Source: Nitrospiraceae bacterium (GTDB lineage: Bacteria > Nitrospirota > Nitrospiria > Nitrospirales > Nitrospiraceae). Taken from it: a stretch of DNA of 64,000 nt. Numbering within the stretch: position 1 is the stretch's first letter; the number at the start of each line of letters is the position of its first letter. The stretch spans positions 64,001 to 128,000 of the forward strand of contig JBFWWG010000003.1 of NCBI GenBank assembly GCA_050246315.1. The letters run 5' to 3'. Below, in pieces: positions 40,106 to 49,053 of the stretch. The position numbers were made by a program, and so were the translations under genes. Under the pieces are notes generated by a model. The model saw only the letters and a program-made list of their open reading frames with translations. It was not told the origin of the DNA and searched no databases.

Positions 40106-41599
40106 ATGAACTCCTCCGCCATTGTCCAAAAACTCTGGAACTACTGCAACGTCCTGCGTGACGACGGGATGAGCTACGGCGACTACGTCGAACAGTTGAC
40201 GTATCTGCTGTTCCTCAAGATGGCGGACGAGAGGACGAAGCCGCCCTACAACCAACCGAGCCCGATCCCCGACAAGTACAGTTGGCAGAGCTTGCTCAAG
40301 AAAGACGGCGACGAACTCTTTGACCACTATCGCCACAGTCTGGAAAAGCTCGGCAACGAGAAGGGTTTGCTCGGCCTGATCTTCAACAAGTCGCAAAATA
40401 AGTTCCAAGATCCCGCCAAACTGCGCCGGCTCATAGTGGACTTAATCGACAGGGAAGACTGGTCGGCGATGAGCGCCGACGTGAAGGGCGATGCGTACGA
40501 AGGCCTGCTCCAAAAGAACGCCGAGGACGTGAAGGGTGGGGCCGGCCAATACTTCACGCCGCGTCCGCTCATTGCCGCAATGGTGGACTGTGTGGCTCCA
40601 AAACCGGGCGAGACGATCTGTGATCCGGCCTGTGGGACCGGCGGCTTCTTGCTGGCCGCGCACGATTATGTGGTGAAGCACAATCCGAATCTGACCAAGC
40701 TTCAGAAGAAGAAGCTGAAGGAAGAAACGCTCAAAGGCTACGAGTTGGTCCAGAGTGTCGTCCGTCTCTGCGCCATGAATCTGCTCTTGCATGGGATTGG
40801 CTCGCAGGAGGACGAGCCTATTGAGGCAGCGGATTCACTCGCCTCCGATCCCGGCGAACGGTTCAACCTCGTACTGACCAATCCACCGTTCGGCAAGAAG
40901 AGCAGCTACACGGTCGTCGGGCAGGAAGGCGAAGTCTCGAAGGAGCGGGAGACCTACGAGCGCGACGACTTTTGGGCGACCACTTCCAATAAACAACTGA
41001 ATTTCGTCCAGCATGTGAAGACCATCCTTGCAGTCAATGGCCGCGCGGCGGTCGTTGTGCCGGACAACGTGCTCTTTGAAGGTGGGGCAGGCGAGACGGT
41101 GCGGCGCAAGTTGCTGCATGATTGCGACGCACACACGTTGCTGCGTCTCCCAACCGGGCTTTTTTACGCCCAAGGCGTCAAGGCGAACGTGCTCTTCTTC
41201 GACAAGAAACCGGCGAGCGAAACACCCTGGACCAAGAACCTCTGGATCTACGATCTTCGCACCAACCAACACTTCACACTCAAGACCAACCCGCTCAAGC
41301 GAGAAGATTTGGACGAGTTTGTGAAATGCTACAACCCGGCGAATCGACACGAACGAAAAGCCACCTGGTCAGAAAAGAAGTCAGACGGCCGCTGGCGCGC
41401 TTACGCCTACGACGAGCTGATCGCCCGCGATAAAGCCAGCCTCGACATCTTTTGGCTCAAAGACGAATCCCTCGAAGCCTCCGACAACCTCCCAGATCCC
41501 GACGTGATCGCCCAGGAGATCGTGGACGATCTGGAGTCAGCCTTGGACCAGTTCAGGCTGATAACCAATGATCTTGGCACAGAACCGCACAGTTCATAG
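40106..41599 (+). CDS. hsdM: Type I R-M N6-adenine methyltransferase subunit
   Basis: GQYFTPR, DPACGTGGFL, TNPPFG, VPDNVLF. Confidence 0.96.
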   Translation: MNSSAIVQKLWNYCNVLRDDGMSYGDYVEQLTYLLFLKMADERTKPPYNQPSPIPDKYSWQSLLKKDGDELFDHYRHSLEKLGNEKGLLGLIFNKSQNKFQDPAKLRRLIVDLIDREDWSAMSADVKGDAYEGLLQKNAEDVKGGAGQYFTPRPLIAAMVDCVAPKPGETICDPACGTGGFLLAAHDYVVKHNPNLTKLQKKKLKEETLKGYELVQSVVRLCAMNLLLHGIGSQEDEPIEAADSLASDPGERFNLVLTNPPFGKKSSYTVVGQEGEVSKERETYERDDFWATTSNKQLNFVQHVKTILAVNGRAAVVVPDNVLFEGGAGETVRRKLLHDCDAHTLLRLPTGLFYAQGVKANVLFFDKKPASETPWTKNLWIYDLRTNQHFTLKTNPLKREDLDEFVKCYNPANRHERKATWSEKKSDGRWRAYAYDELIARDKASLDIFWLKDESLEASDNLPDPDVIAQEIVDDLESALDQFRLITNDLGTEPHSS

Positions 41600-41790
41600 G
41601 GAACCCGGAAGCGGTACCGGAACGCTTTGCATACCGTAGAAAAGGTACCGGGAGTCTTTGTCATCACACAGGGCCTGCAAGCGAACAGTGCAAACCTCGT
41701 CCGCCTTCGGAGCCTGTGGATCCGACGCCCGTGATCCTGGCAGTGACCGGTCCTCACTGCAATTGCTTGTAGATCCGAAAATCGTTTCTC

Positions 41791-41997
41791 TTAGGCCTCC
41801 ACCGTAACCGTCTTGATCGCGGCTTTGATCTTCGACACCACCTCCGGCGGAGGGGCGGACATCTTGTGCGCCACCTTGGCATGGTCGCCCGTCAACCGCA
41901 TCACCTCATCTTCCGTCTCAGCCCGCACCATGAACGCACACCCTCCATTGGGGTCTACATCGAGACAACCAAGTTGTTTGTAGGTTTTCTTGGCCAT
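41791..41997 (-). CDS. DUF1059 small metal-binding protein
   Basis: C.D.....C.F...AETEDEV.....H....H; AGGAGG RBS. Confidence 0.85.
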   Translation of the reverse strand: MAKKTYKQLGCLDVDPNGGCAFMVRAETEDEVMRLTGDHAKVAHKMSAPPPEVVSKIKAAIKTVTVEA

Positions 41998-42039
41998 GAC
42001 GACCTCCTGTCGGTAAAAGGTGGGGACACCGGAATTGCT

Positions 42040-42177
42040 CTAGCAGACTGCGGAAAACCCTCCGTTCATCCTTCGAGGACCTCAGGACGAACGGAGCGGT
42101 GATTGAATAGACTGGTGTTTTCCGATCGTGCTGAGCCTGTCGCAGCACACAAATCGAGTTGTTCCGTCGCCTGCCAG
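42040..42177. repeat. REP-containing MITE-like element (inverted copy of 9837-9974)
   Basis: Ends ctagcagactgcggaaaac / gttgttccgtcgcctgccag; internal REP pair. Confidence 0.75.
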
Positions 42178-42464
42178 ACTCGGATTCGATCTGGTTGATG
42201 AGGACCGGTCGCGCACGATCCGAAAGATGCTAGACCGTCCGTGTGGAGCAGTCAAGACTACGTAGCCTGATTGTCAGGTCCAAGTCGCAATGTCCGGTTC
42301 AATGTTCCGGCTGCCGCTGGCTGTGGTCCTCGTTCCGACGTCCATCGCTGACGCCATGGATGTTCCGCCGCTAGCGTGATTTGGCGCCGTGATCGCCGGC
42401 CGGAGCCTCTGCCGCGTAGGCGGGCTGCGCCGCCGCAGGATACTTGGATGACTTCTGTCCGAAC

Positions 42465-42902
42465 TCAGTCGCTTGTTCGAAGGGGAGGGGAATCGTGAAG
42501 GGAGGCAGTTGAAATGGGACTCGCGTTCGTTCGATCCTTCGCCCGGCCGGTCGCCGCATCGACCTTTCGTCCGATCCCATATGCCGTCATGGCCCAGCAG
42601 CCGGCTACGAAGATGACGTGGAACAGAACATCGCTCCAAGGTCCGAGGAGATAGCCTTCGTCCGCACCCTGGGTGTATCCAAGGAGAAGGGTCAAAACGC
42701 CCACCGTCAGCCAACGAGTTCCGGCGAGTGTGGCCGCCCGATCGAGCTTGTCACGGTCCTCCGGACTCACTTCCGAATCAGGAGACGGCCGGGCGTTGAG
42801 CCACTTCCAATCGATAGGCGCCCGCTTTCGCCGGTGCAGAAACGCCAGCCCCCCAACGGATACGAGAGTTCCCAGCAGGATCAGATCAAAGGTGCTGAGC
42901 AC
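42465..42902 (-). CDS. Hypothetical membrane protein
   Basis: Three hydrophobic segments; GAGGAG RBS. Confidence 0.55.
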   Translation of the reverse strand: MLSTFDLILLGTLVSVGGLAFLHRRKRAPIDWKWLNARPSPDSEVSPEDRDKLDRAATLAGTRWLTVGVLTLLLGYTQGADEGYLLGPWSDVLFHVIFVAGCWAMTAYGIGRKVDAATGRAKDRTNASPISTASLHDSPPLRTSD

Positions 42903-43239
42903 AAGACGCTCCTCACAGGAGATCGGCCACCAGACGAATCCGACTCAGAACTGAGGAATCAGAAACTGAGGAATCGAACGGCGGGAATGGACGGCAGGCG
43001 TGACAACATGAGACTCACGATACCCTGACCATCGGCCTCGCTTGGACCGACGCACGGTACAACAAACGGCACGTCTGAAACAAGCGGTCCGGCTGATCCA
43101 ATAGGGTCCGGGGCACCGCCGACCCCGTCCACCGTCGGCCGGCTTGACGTTCGACCACATTGCGCGTAGCGTAGGGACGGCTGTCGGTCGGTTGACCCAT
43201 CCTTTTTCCCTGGCTTCTTGGATGAAAGGGGGTACGACG

Positions 43240-43476
43240 ATGCTGCCCTCCCACCTCTCCATCATTGAATCGCTCCACGGCGAAACGCGGCAAACCTTCT
43301 ACGATCAACACACGTCGCTCGCCCACGTGATGCACGCGGGCTTGCTCCTGCTTCCTCTCGCCGGGCTGTTGCTCAGGGGCACGGTCGGCGCGGTCTTGGG
43401 CTTGACGCTGTTCATTCTGTGTTATTACCTCCTGCCCTTCGTGTGGTTCGCGACGCACGACAGTCGCCGCCACTGA
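43240..43476 (+). CDS. Small membrane protein
   Basis: Two TM segments; purine-rich RBS. Confidence 0.55.
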   Translation: MLPSHLSIIESLHGETRQTFYDQHTSLAHVMHAGLLLLPLAGLLLRGTVGAVLGLTLFILCYYLLPFVWFATHDSRRH

Positions 43477-43643
43477 ACGTGCGGACTGCATGGAAAAGGG
43501 ACACGGCCACTTCGAACTCGTCACGTTGGCTGATTGAGGGAAGAAGGCTGTTGCGGCTATCGGTGTGGGGACGACTCCTGCGTGGCGAGTGAATCGATGC
43601 GCTGGAGCGGGTCTTGTTCTTTTTCTACGAGGTCCGTGGCTAT

Positions 43644-44621
43644 CTAGGAAACGGCATCGCGGTGTGGCGGCAGAATCTGATCTATCGCGTCCCATTGCGC
43701 CTTCAGCACAGCCTGGGCCTCGGGAAGGGTGGTCGGTTTGAACCCTACCGATTCACCGGGCAGCAGTTGTCCTGCAAGGTGCAGATCCGCCGAGATCACA
43801 ACCGCAACGATCGGATAGCCGCCGGTCGTCGGACAATCGGCCATCAGGAGAATCGGCTGTCCATCCGGAGGGACTTGGAGCGCTCCCACCGCGGTTCCGT
43901 CGGAGATGCGTGCCTCCGTTCGCGTCCGCGCGAGCTTGGGCCCTTCCAAACGGTATCCCATGCGATTCGATTGACTGGAGAGCCGGTAGGCTGTGGCGCT
44001 GAGCGCCTCGAACGCCTGCGGGACATCGAACGAAGCGTGCGGCCCGGGCAGTATCCTGAGCGTTACTCTGCTTGAGTAACATGAACGCAACTCCCGTGAC
44101 AGCGTCTGTCCGATCGCCGCTTGCTGGTGAAATCCTGGGGTTCCGCCTATGAGACTGTCGCCCGCGGCCAATGTCCGGCCTTTCATTCCGCCAGTACCGC
44201 TGGAGACATGGGTGGACCGGCTCCCCAGCACGACCGGAACATCGATTCCGCCGGCGATCGCGAGGTAGCAGCGAGCGCCGGAGCGCCGGCTTCCGAACAT
44301 GAGCCTGCTCCCGGCCTTCACCGGCACGCTGGTCCAAAGCGGCAACGGGTCGCCATCGATCACGGGGCTGAGATCGGCGCCGGTGACCGCCACCACCGCT
44401 GCCCGTTCGAAGAACAGTTCCGGCCCTTTGAGCGTGATTTCCAGCGCCGCCTCGTGATCGCGATTCCCGACGAGCCGGTTCGCGATGACATGGGATCGAC
44501 GATCCATCGGACCGCCGACCGGCATGCCGTATTGTCGATACCCATGCCGGCCGCCATCTTGAACCGTCGTCAACCATCCAGGCTTGACCACCGTGATCCG
44601 GGCCGGCTCCCCCGCCATCAT
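43644..44621 (-). CDS. pxpC: 5-oxoprolinase subunit C (AHS2/KipA family)
   Basis: TTVQD.GR.G, GPMD, GARCYLA, SNRMGYRL, QVPPDGQP, TGGYP. Confidence 0.92.
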   Translation of the reverse strand: MMAGEPARITVVKPGWLTTVQDGGRHGYRQYGMPVGGPMDRRSHVIANRLVGNRDHEAALEITLKGPELFFERAAVVAVTGADLSPVIDGDPLPLWTSVPVKAGSRLMFGSRRSGARCYLAIAGGIDVPVVLGSRSTHVSSGTGGMKGRTLAAGDSLIGGTPGFHQQAAIGQTLSRELRSCYSSRVTLRILPGPHASFDVPQAFEALSATAYRLSSQSNRMGYRLEGPKLARTRTEARISDGTAVGALQVPPDGQPILLMADCPTTGGYPIVAVVISADLHLAGQLLPGESVGFKPTTLPEAQAVLKAQWDAIDQILPPHRDAVS

Positions 44622-45382
44622 CTCGCTCGCACCGCCGCAACCAGAATCCTTGCCGCTTCAAGCTCCTGCCGGATCATTTGCGCGAACGCGACGGCCTTCG
44701 GCGTATCGCTGTGCAGACACAGACTGTCGGCTTGTAGCGCCACTGTCGCTCCATCGATGGCGGTCACGGAACCTTTCAACAATTGATGGAGTTGCCGTCG
44801 CACGGCTTCTTCGGTCTCCAACACGGCCCCGTTTTCCGAGCGCGGGACCAAACTGCCGTCGGCGCGATAGGCGCGATCGACAAAGGCCTCGTTGACGACG
44901 GCCAGGCCCGCGGCCCGCGCCGCCTTAACCAGTTCCGATCCGGCCAGGGCGTAGAGCAGCAACCTGTGATCGACGGCTTGCACCGCTCGGACCACGGCAA
45001 GGGCGATTTCCGAAGCCCTGGCGGCTCGGTTATACAGCGCGCCGTGCGGTTTGACATGGGTGAAGGTCAGACCGTCACGATCGAGTACCTCGGCGAGAGT
45101 ATCGAGCTGTCGGACCACCAAGCGTTCGATTTCATCTGGGACCATGATCCGTTCGACTCGCCCGAACTGGTCCGGGTCCGGCAATCCCGGATGCGCACCG
45201 ATCGCAATGCCATGCTGAGCCGCGAGCTGGGCGGTGTGTCGCATGAGGGCCGGTGTGCCCGCATGGCCTCCGCAGGCGATGTTCACCGATGTGATGAGCG
45301 GGATGAGGGCCGCATCGATGGCTCGCCCCTCGGCGGTCTCCCGCTCCCCCATGTCGCTGTTCAGATCAATGCGCGTGATCAT
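44618..45382 (-). CDS. pxpA: 5-oxoprolinase subunit A (LamB/YcsF)
   Basis: DLNSDMGE, NIACGGHAG, HVKPHGALYN, DRAY..DG.LVPR. Confidence 0.95.
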   Translation of the reverse strand: MITRIDLNSDMGERETAEGRAIDAALIPLITSVNIACGGHAGTPALMRHTAQLAAQHGIAIGAHPGLPDPDQFGRVERIMVPDEIERLVVRQLDTLAEVLDRDGLTFTHVKPHGALYNRAARASEIALAVVRAVQAVDHRLLLYALAGSELVKAARAAGLAVVNEAFVDRAYRADGSLVPRSENGAVLETEEAVRRQLHQLLKGSVTAIDGATVALQADSLCLHSDTPKAVAFAQMIRQELEAARILVAAVRAR

Positions 45383-46127
45383 TCTGTTCACGACGGAGGC
45401 GATCGAACTCCTCCCGCCCGATCGGCTCGAACCGCACGAGGTCGCCTGGGCCCAACAGAAACGGGTTGGCATCGGCCGGACGATAGAGCGTGCAGGGCGT
45501 GCAGCCGATCAGTCGCCATCCGCCCGGCGTCGCGGCCGGATAGATGCCGGTTTGGTTGCCGGCAATTCCGACGGAGCCGGACGGGACCAGCGCGCGTGGT
45601 GTGGCGAGGCGAGGCATCGCTAACGAATTCGGCACAATTCCGAGATAAGGAAAGCCGGGGATGAAGCCCAGCATGTAGACGCGGTATTCGACGGAAGCGT
45701 GGAGACGAATCGCGTCGGCTACGGAGAGTTTGGCAAAAGTCGCCAGCTCCTCCAAGTCGGGTCCCCACTCGCCACCGTAGAGCACCGGAATCCTGTGTCT
45801 TGTGCCGGAAGCGGCACGACTGCTTGGGACCATGCGAGAGAGCTGGAGCAACCGATCGGACAACGTGGTCACATCCAGACAGCGTGGATCGACATGGATC
45901 GTGACGGAACGGTAGGTGGGGACAATGTCTCGGACTGCGGGCCAACCCTGTTTGCGCACGAGGTCGGCGAAGGCGAGCACTTGTTCGTTCACGGCCGGAT
46001 CGATCTTGTTGCCGAACTCGACCGTGAGGGCCGCATCGCCGAGCGGAAGGAGTCGGATGAGGGAGGTGGCCGCTTTTTCGCTGTCGTCTGCTCGATGCGA
46101 ATCGGCTTGTCGATCGGACCTCGGCAT
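45366..46127 (-). CDS. pxpB: 5-oxoprolinase subunit B (AHS1/KipI)
   Basis: LGDAAL, YGGEWGPDL, GF.PGFPYL, PGGWRLIG. Confidence 0.93.
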   Translation of the reverse strand: MPRSDRQADSHRADDSEKAATSLIRLLPLGDAALTVEFGNKIDPAVNEQVLAFADLVRKQGWPAVRDIVPTYRSVTIHVDPRCLDVTTLSDRLLQLSRMVPSSRAASGTRHRIPVLYGGEWGPDLEELATFAKLSVADAIRLHASVEYRVYMLGFIPGFPYLGIVPNSLAMPRLATPRALVPSGSVGIAGNQTGIYPAATPGGWRLIGCTPCTLYRPADANPFLLGPGDLVRFEPIGREEFDRLRREQNDHAH

Positions 46128-46302
46128 GCGCTCTCAGAAGCCGGATGGGTTCGGATACCCTACTTGGTTTAGGGCCTGTCGTAAAGCAGGCGATCGATCG
46201 CCTCTTGACTCCTTGACACCCTTTTGAAGACAGCCTAGCCTTTGGCCCCAAGTGGCAATGAATCGGTTGAGTGAACGCGTATCAACCGTGGAAAGGACGA
46301 GG

Positions 46303-47034
46303 ATGCGAGTGATTGCGCTTTTGATCGTGTTTCTGACCATACCCATCACGGCGTGGGGTGACGATACCACAAAGCCGGAGCTGCCCACATTGACGGTGGC
46401 GGCCACCGGCACTGTGACCGTCGCTCCGGACACGGCCTTTGTCACGCTGGGAATGGAGACAGCCGGCAAATCGCTGGCGGAGACCCAGAATCAGAATTCT
46501 GCCGTCATGCAGAAGGTGCTGGAACGGTTGCGCGGCTTGAGGATCGACAAGGAGCGCATCCAGACCTCGTCGTTCACGGTCTCGCCCCACTATAAGCCGC
46601 CCTCCAAACGGCCTTCTGATGCGCCGCCGGTCTTGCCGGAGATCATTGGGTACACGGTCAGCAATACCCTCACGGTGGAGGTTCGTGATCTGGACAAGGT
46701 GGCCTCGGTGATCGAGGAGGCTTTGTCGGCCGGCGCCAACCATTTTCATGGACTACATTGGGGATTGCGGGACGAGCAACCGGCGCGACTGCAGGCCCTC
46801 AAACTCGCCGCGACCAAGGCGCGGGAAAAGGCGGCGACTTTGAGCGAGGCGCTCAACGTCAGGCTCGCACGGTTGATGAATGCGGCCGAAGGCGGCCATG
46901 TCGTCCGTCCGGCGCCCCATATGACCCGTGCGACCATGGCGATGGAAGCAGCAGGAGGCGACGTGCCCATCGCGTCAGGTGAAATCAAGGTCGAAGCCAC
47001 CGTGACCCTGGTCTATGAGATCGCGCCCAACTGA
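46303..47034 (+). CDS. SIMPL (DUF541) domain protein
   Basis: Signal peptide, TVAPD.A, IQTS, GAN, A.EKA. Confidence 0.88.
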   Translation: MRVIALLIVFLTIPITAWGDDTTKPELPTLTVAATGTVTVAPDTAFVTLGMETAGKSLAETQNQNSAVMQKVLERLRGLRIDKERIQTSSFTVSPHYKPPSKRPSDAPPVLPEIIGYTVSNTLTVEVRDLDKVASVIEEALSAGANHFHGLHWGLRDEQPARLQALKLAATKAREKAATLSEALNVRLARLMNAAEGGHVVRPAPHMTRATMAMEAAGGDVPIASGEIKVEATVTLVYEIAPN

Positions 47035-47046
47035 CGCGGCTCCTCA

Positions 47047-47269
47047 CAGGGTGCTGAAAAAGTCCGCCGGCGGCGTTGGGGCACCCATTGCCGTTCTTTC
47101 CTGGTGCAATGCGTCTCACGCGAAGAGGTTCATCTTGAAGGAGTTTCTCCAGCGGCGTCAATACCGGATGGGCTTCGCCCGATGAGCCCCTGGTTCACAC
47201 AAGTGCGGTATGTACGATTCGCCTCTTCGCTCGCTGCGGCCTTGCTGGACGGTCGTTTTGAGCATTCTG
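47047..47269. mobile_element. MITE-like element with CAGG(G/A)TG(C/T)TGAAA-type TIRs
   Basis: cagggtgctgaaaaagtccgcc ... ggacggtcgttttgagcattctg; shorter relatives at 62733 and 5665. Confidence 0.65.
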
Positions 47270-47346
47270 GCCCGTTCTTCTTTACCGTCTGGGGCCTCAA
47301 TGCCGGTGCCGGCTATCAGGATCGCGAGCAGTTTGTTCGCGGTCGG

Positions 47347-47916
47347 CTAGATCGGTGCATTGCCCGGCTTCCATTTGATGCTGCAGCCGATGCTGGGTTG
47401 CTGGCTGGCCTCGACGGGTCGGCCCGCGAGCACCGAACCGATTGCCGCGCGCAGATCACGGCCGGTGACGGGCTTGTTGTTGCCAGGCCGGCTGTCGTCA
47501 AGCTGTCCTCGGTAGACCAACCGCCGCTGCCCATCAAAGAGGTAAAAGTCCGGTGTGCAGGCGGCCCTGTAGGCCTTGGCGACCTCCTGACTCTCGTCGA
47601 AACATAACGGAAACCGCCAAGCGAGGCGTTCCGCCAATTCCTTAAGCTGAGCCGGCGCGTCGTCGGGATAGGCCGCGGGATCGTTGCTGCTGATGCCGAC
47701 CATGCCCAGGCCGGTCTCCGCATAGTCCCGTCCAAGCCTGCCGAGTTCCTCCTGAACATGCTGCACGTAGGGGCAATGCCGGCAGAGGAACATCACCAAC
47801 AACGCCTCTTTTTTGCCGAACGAGTCGAGCGAATACGTTCGACCGCTCACGACATCCCGCAATGCGAACGGGGGAGCGATGGTTCCGAGGGGGAGCATCA
47901 CCGACGCGACTGCCAT
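47347..47916 (-). CDS. Thioredoxin-like (AhpC/TSA-related) protein
   Basis: FLCRHCPYV, ACTPDF, YRGQLDDSRP, SIGCSIKW. Confidence 0.9.
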   Translation of the reverse strand: MAVASVMLPLGTIAPPFALRDVVSGRTYSLDSFGKKEALLVMFLCRHCPYVQHVQEELGRLGRDYAETGLGMVGISSNDPAAYPDDAPAQLKELAERLAWRFPLCFDESQEVAKAYRAACTPDFYLFDGQRRLVYRGQLDDSRPGNNKPVTGRDLRAAIGSVLAGRPVEASQQPSIGCSIKWKPGNAPI

Positions 47917-48209
47917 AGACACCTCTTCCGGTTTGACTACCTATATCCGTGATGAATGATCGTCCGACTCTAGCAGCGGGCTTCGGTACGACTCAAGCCC
48001 CGACCCTTTTGACCATTTTGTGCGGAACCGGTACAATGCCCTCGATTCCTCATTATTCCTAGCCCTGTCCTAATCCATGCCGCACCGCGGGAGTCGCTCT
48101 GATTAGGGAACAAGCCCCTGCCATCGGCCGCGAAGCGTATGGCTTCGACGGTCAGACGGTCCCGGTCTCGCGGAAGGTCTGGCATGTCAACCCGACTGCA
48201 AACCCATTC

Positions 48210-48851
48210 ATGAATCGCCAACAGGCGGGCTTTCACTTGACGATCCTGATCCTGCTCGGCGGGATCTTCTTTCTTGATATGCGGATGGGCCTGGGGTTTA
48301 CGCCTTGGCTCCTCTATATGATTCCTATCGGGGTCACCTATTGGACGGCCTACTTGTATGCCCCGTTGGTCGTGGCTGGCCTGTCCACCCTGTTGGTCCT
48401 GCTCGGCTACATCCTGTCCCCTCCGTTGTCGTCCGAGTCCGTCGCTCTGACGAATCGGATGTTCGGCACGATCACGTTCTGGGCAATGAGCCTCCTCATC
48501 GTCGCTTACAAGGTCCTGGCCGCGCGCCTGTCCTCGCTCACCGACCGATTAGCCATTGAACTCAAGGAGCGGACGGAGGATCTGGGCCGGGTTGTGCGCG
48601 CCTTCAAGGCCGAGCAGCAGCATCAAGATCAGCCGGAAGGGGGCCGGCCGACAGTCGGCGACGAATTCAAGCGCGAGGTCACTCAGGTGTTGGCGGCCGA
48701 GAGCCGGCGTCTCCAGGAGAAGGTCGAAGATCTCCAGCAGGGTGAGCCGCCCGTAGAAAACGGAGAAGAGAGCCTCGAAAGAACCCGCAGCGAATTGGAA
48801 CGGCTCGGCAAGCAGTTGGAGCAGTTGCAGCGCGATTTATTGCGCCCATGA
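48210..48851 (+). CDS. Membrane protein with C-terminal coiled coil
   Basis: Four TM segments resembling kinase membrane input modules, followed by an E/Q/L-rich helix; no kinase domain. Confidence 0.65.
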   Translation: MNRQQAGFHLTILILLGGIFFLDMRMGLGFTPWLLYMIPIGVTYWTAYLYAPLVVAGLSTLLVLLGYILSPPLSSESVALTNRMFGTITFWAMSLLIVAYKVLAARLSSLTDRLAIELKERTEDLGRVVRAFKAEQQHQDQPEGGRPTVGDEFKREVTQVLAAESRRLQEKVEDLQQGEPPVENGEESLERTRSELERLGKQLEQLQRDLLRP

Positions 48852-49053
48852 GCGTGGTTGCTCACTCGAAGCGATCGGCGCCGGCACTGCCTCAGCGTGA
48901 TCTCCGACCTCTGGATAAGCCATCCTTCCGGTGTTTTGACCCGATAAAAAACCACGTGCTATAGTCCGGCCGATTCATGACTCTGGCTGGTGATTCAGCC
49001 TTCGGTCCAATCATCCACACGATCCGACAGCTCGACAGCAGAGGTCACGACCC

